This document shows, piece after piece, positions 31,097-32,000 of a stretch of 32,000 nucleotides of DNA. Position 1 is the stretch's first letter. Every line of letters begins with the position of its first letter. Below the pieces are notes generated by a model. That model saw only the letters and a list, made by a program, of their open reading frames with translations, searched no databases and was not told the origin of the DNA. The stretch lies in the NCBI RefSeq assembly GCF_000009705.1, contig NC_003272.1:2640001-2672000 (forward strand), in the 5' to 3' direction. This DNA comes from Nostoc sp. PCC 7120 = FACHB-418 (GTDB taxonomy: Bacteria > Cyanobacteriota > Cyanobacteriia > Cyanobacteriales > Nostocaceae). The position numbers and the translations under genes are program-made.

Positions 31097-32000
31097 TTAT
31101 TGAATCTCTTTGAGTTGCTGATTCAGTTCTGCTATTTTTTGCTGTTTTTCTTGCGCGCTCAGATTTTCTTTAGCTTGAGTCTCTTGAATTTTTTTAGCAA
31201 TTTCTAATTCTCGAATTGTATGCCAATTTTTGTCTTCAGCCTGCACAAAACCAGAAATTTCAAATGGTGTTAAAACTTTTGCATCTTTATAGTTATAGAA
31301 AAACTTTTGCAACCTGTTTTTAATATCTGCTGGTAAGTCCTGACGATAAACAATCGGATCACTAGGAATTAGCGGTGATTGCCAAATAATTTCAATCTTC
31401 TGTCGAGCTGTAGGATTGGTTCTTTCCAAACGACTTAATGCTTCATTGCTGACAGTAGCTACATCTACCTGTTTATTTGCTACAGCCAGAGCGCAAGCTT
31501 CATGATTACCTGCAAAAATCAAGCGTTTAAAAGCTTTTTTAGGTTCAATATTATTTTTTGTAAAAATATAGTAACTAGGAACTAAAAACCCAGATGTAGA
31601 ATTGGGTTCATTAAAAGCAAAGGTAAGTTTAGCAGCATTCTGAATCACATATTTATCACCACCGACTGCTTTAGCTTCCGCCGTAATAGGATTATCTTTA
31701 TTAGCAATTAAATGAGAATAGTAGCCTCTAGTTCCATCTGCACTGACAACCTGAGCAAAAGCTTCTGCATTAGCAACTCTCGCTGCTTCAATATAAGATT
31801 TACCACCTAACCAAGCTGCTTGAACTTTACCAAAGCGCATAGCTTCTATAACTGCGGCATACTGTGTAACATAGAATGGTTTAATGGGGATGCCAACTTC
31901 CTGAGACATAGCAGCAGCAAAAGGTTCCCAAATTGGTTTTTGATTATCTTGAGATTCTGTAGACAGAACACCAAAGTTAATTTCTTTAAGTGCTGCGCTA
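31097..32000 (-). CDS. phnD: PhnD, phosphonate ABC transporter substrate-binding protein (5' end beyond window)
   Basis: The frame stays open upstream of the track's Met (31909) to the window edge: SAALKEINFGVLSTESQDNQKPIWEPFAAAMSQEVG. This matches E. coli PhnD LNFGIISTESQQNLKPQWTPF. Also YAAVIEAMRFGKVQAAWLG. Confidence 0.9.
   Translation of the reverse strand, partial: SAALKEINFGVLSTESQDNQKPIWEPFAAAMSQEVGIPIKPFYVTQYAAVIEAMRFGKVQAAWLGGKSYIEAARVANAEAFAQVVSADGTRGYYSHLIANKDNPITAEAKAVGGDKYVIQNAAKLTFAFNEPNSTSGFLVPSYYIFTKNNIEPKKAFKRLIFAGNHEACALAVANKQVDVATVSNEALSRLERTNPTARQKIEIIWQSPLIPSDPIVYRQDLPADIKNRLQKFFYNYKDAKVLTPFEISGFVQAEDKNWHTIRELEIAKKIQETQAKENLSAQEKQQKIAELNQQLKEIQ

Noticed and set aside
31700-32000. 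Met 31909 as the phnD start
   Set aside because: The frame stays open to the window edge, and the upstream residues (INFGVLSTESQDNQKPIWEPF) match the conserved N-terminal part of mature PhnD. The gene is simply cut by the window.
1-32000. tRNA, rRNA or other structured RNA genes
   Set aside because: Scanning the intergenic regions by eye, I saw no cloverleaf-compatible segments (no GTTCRANYC T-loop boxes in a suitable context) and no rRNA-like sequence.

Overview
This window looks like chromosome from a filamentous, Nostocales-type cyanobacterium. By eye I count 21 perfect HIP1 octamers (GCGATCGC), many STRR-type tandem heptamer arrays and several Nostoc-style hairpin/MITE repeats, and the DNA is moderately AT-rich. 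There are four blocks. (1) 1-1.4 kb, minus strand: a Thoeris-like defence pair. It consists of a ThsB/DUF1863-type TIR-like gene and a 2-TM + Macro-like effector. The effector frame is broken in an A-run and the gene runs off the left edge. A dense array of palindromic half-sites and a MITE lie upstream. (2) 1.7-6.7 kb, plus strand: a self-contained envelope thiol-reducing relay. It has two tandemly duplicated WCAGC thioredoxin-like exported proteins, a CcdA/DsbD-type membrane conduit, a TrxB-type flavoprotein reductase with a degenerate HRRD motif, and a CPSC thioredoxin. A TVP38/DedA-type membrane protein and two decayed gene fragments follow. (3) 6.8-19.0 kb, plus strand: an iron-siderophore uptake island. 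It has an AraC/PchR-type regulator, two AMIN-domain TonB-dependent receptors, three paralogous FhuD-type lipoprotein binding proteins, a FhuF-type reductase and an MFS transporter. It carries candidate Fur boxes, has no ABC permease/ATPase and contains almost no HIP1. (4) 19.4-32 kb: a C-P lyase phosphonate cluster, phnD(partial)-phnE | phnF | phnG-H-[phnO-like]-I-[FosA-like::PhnM-like fusion]-[HD protein]-J-K-L-M. Block 4 is the most unusual. Every intercistronic spacer carries an STRR heptamer array (the phnJ-phnK spacer is nothing but array), and arrays supply start and stop codons. An array-encoded linker welds a FosA-type fosfomycin-resistance domain to a second PhnM paralogue. That fusion has ATA where its ATG is expected and is in frame with phnI across a single TAA. 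A heptamer+octamer block is also inserted in frame inside phnI.
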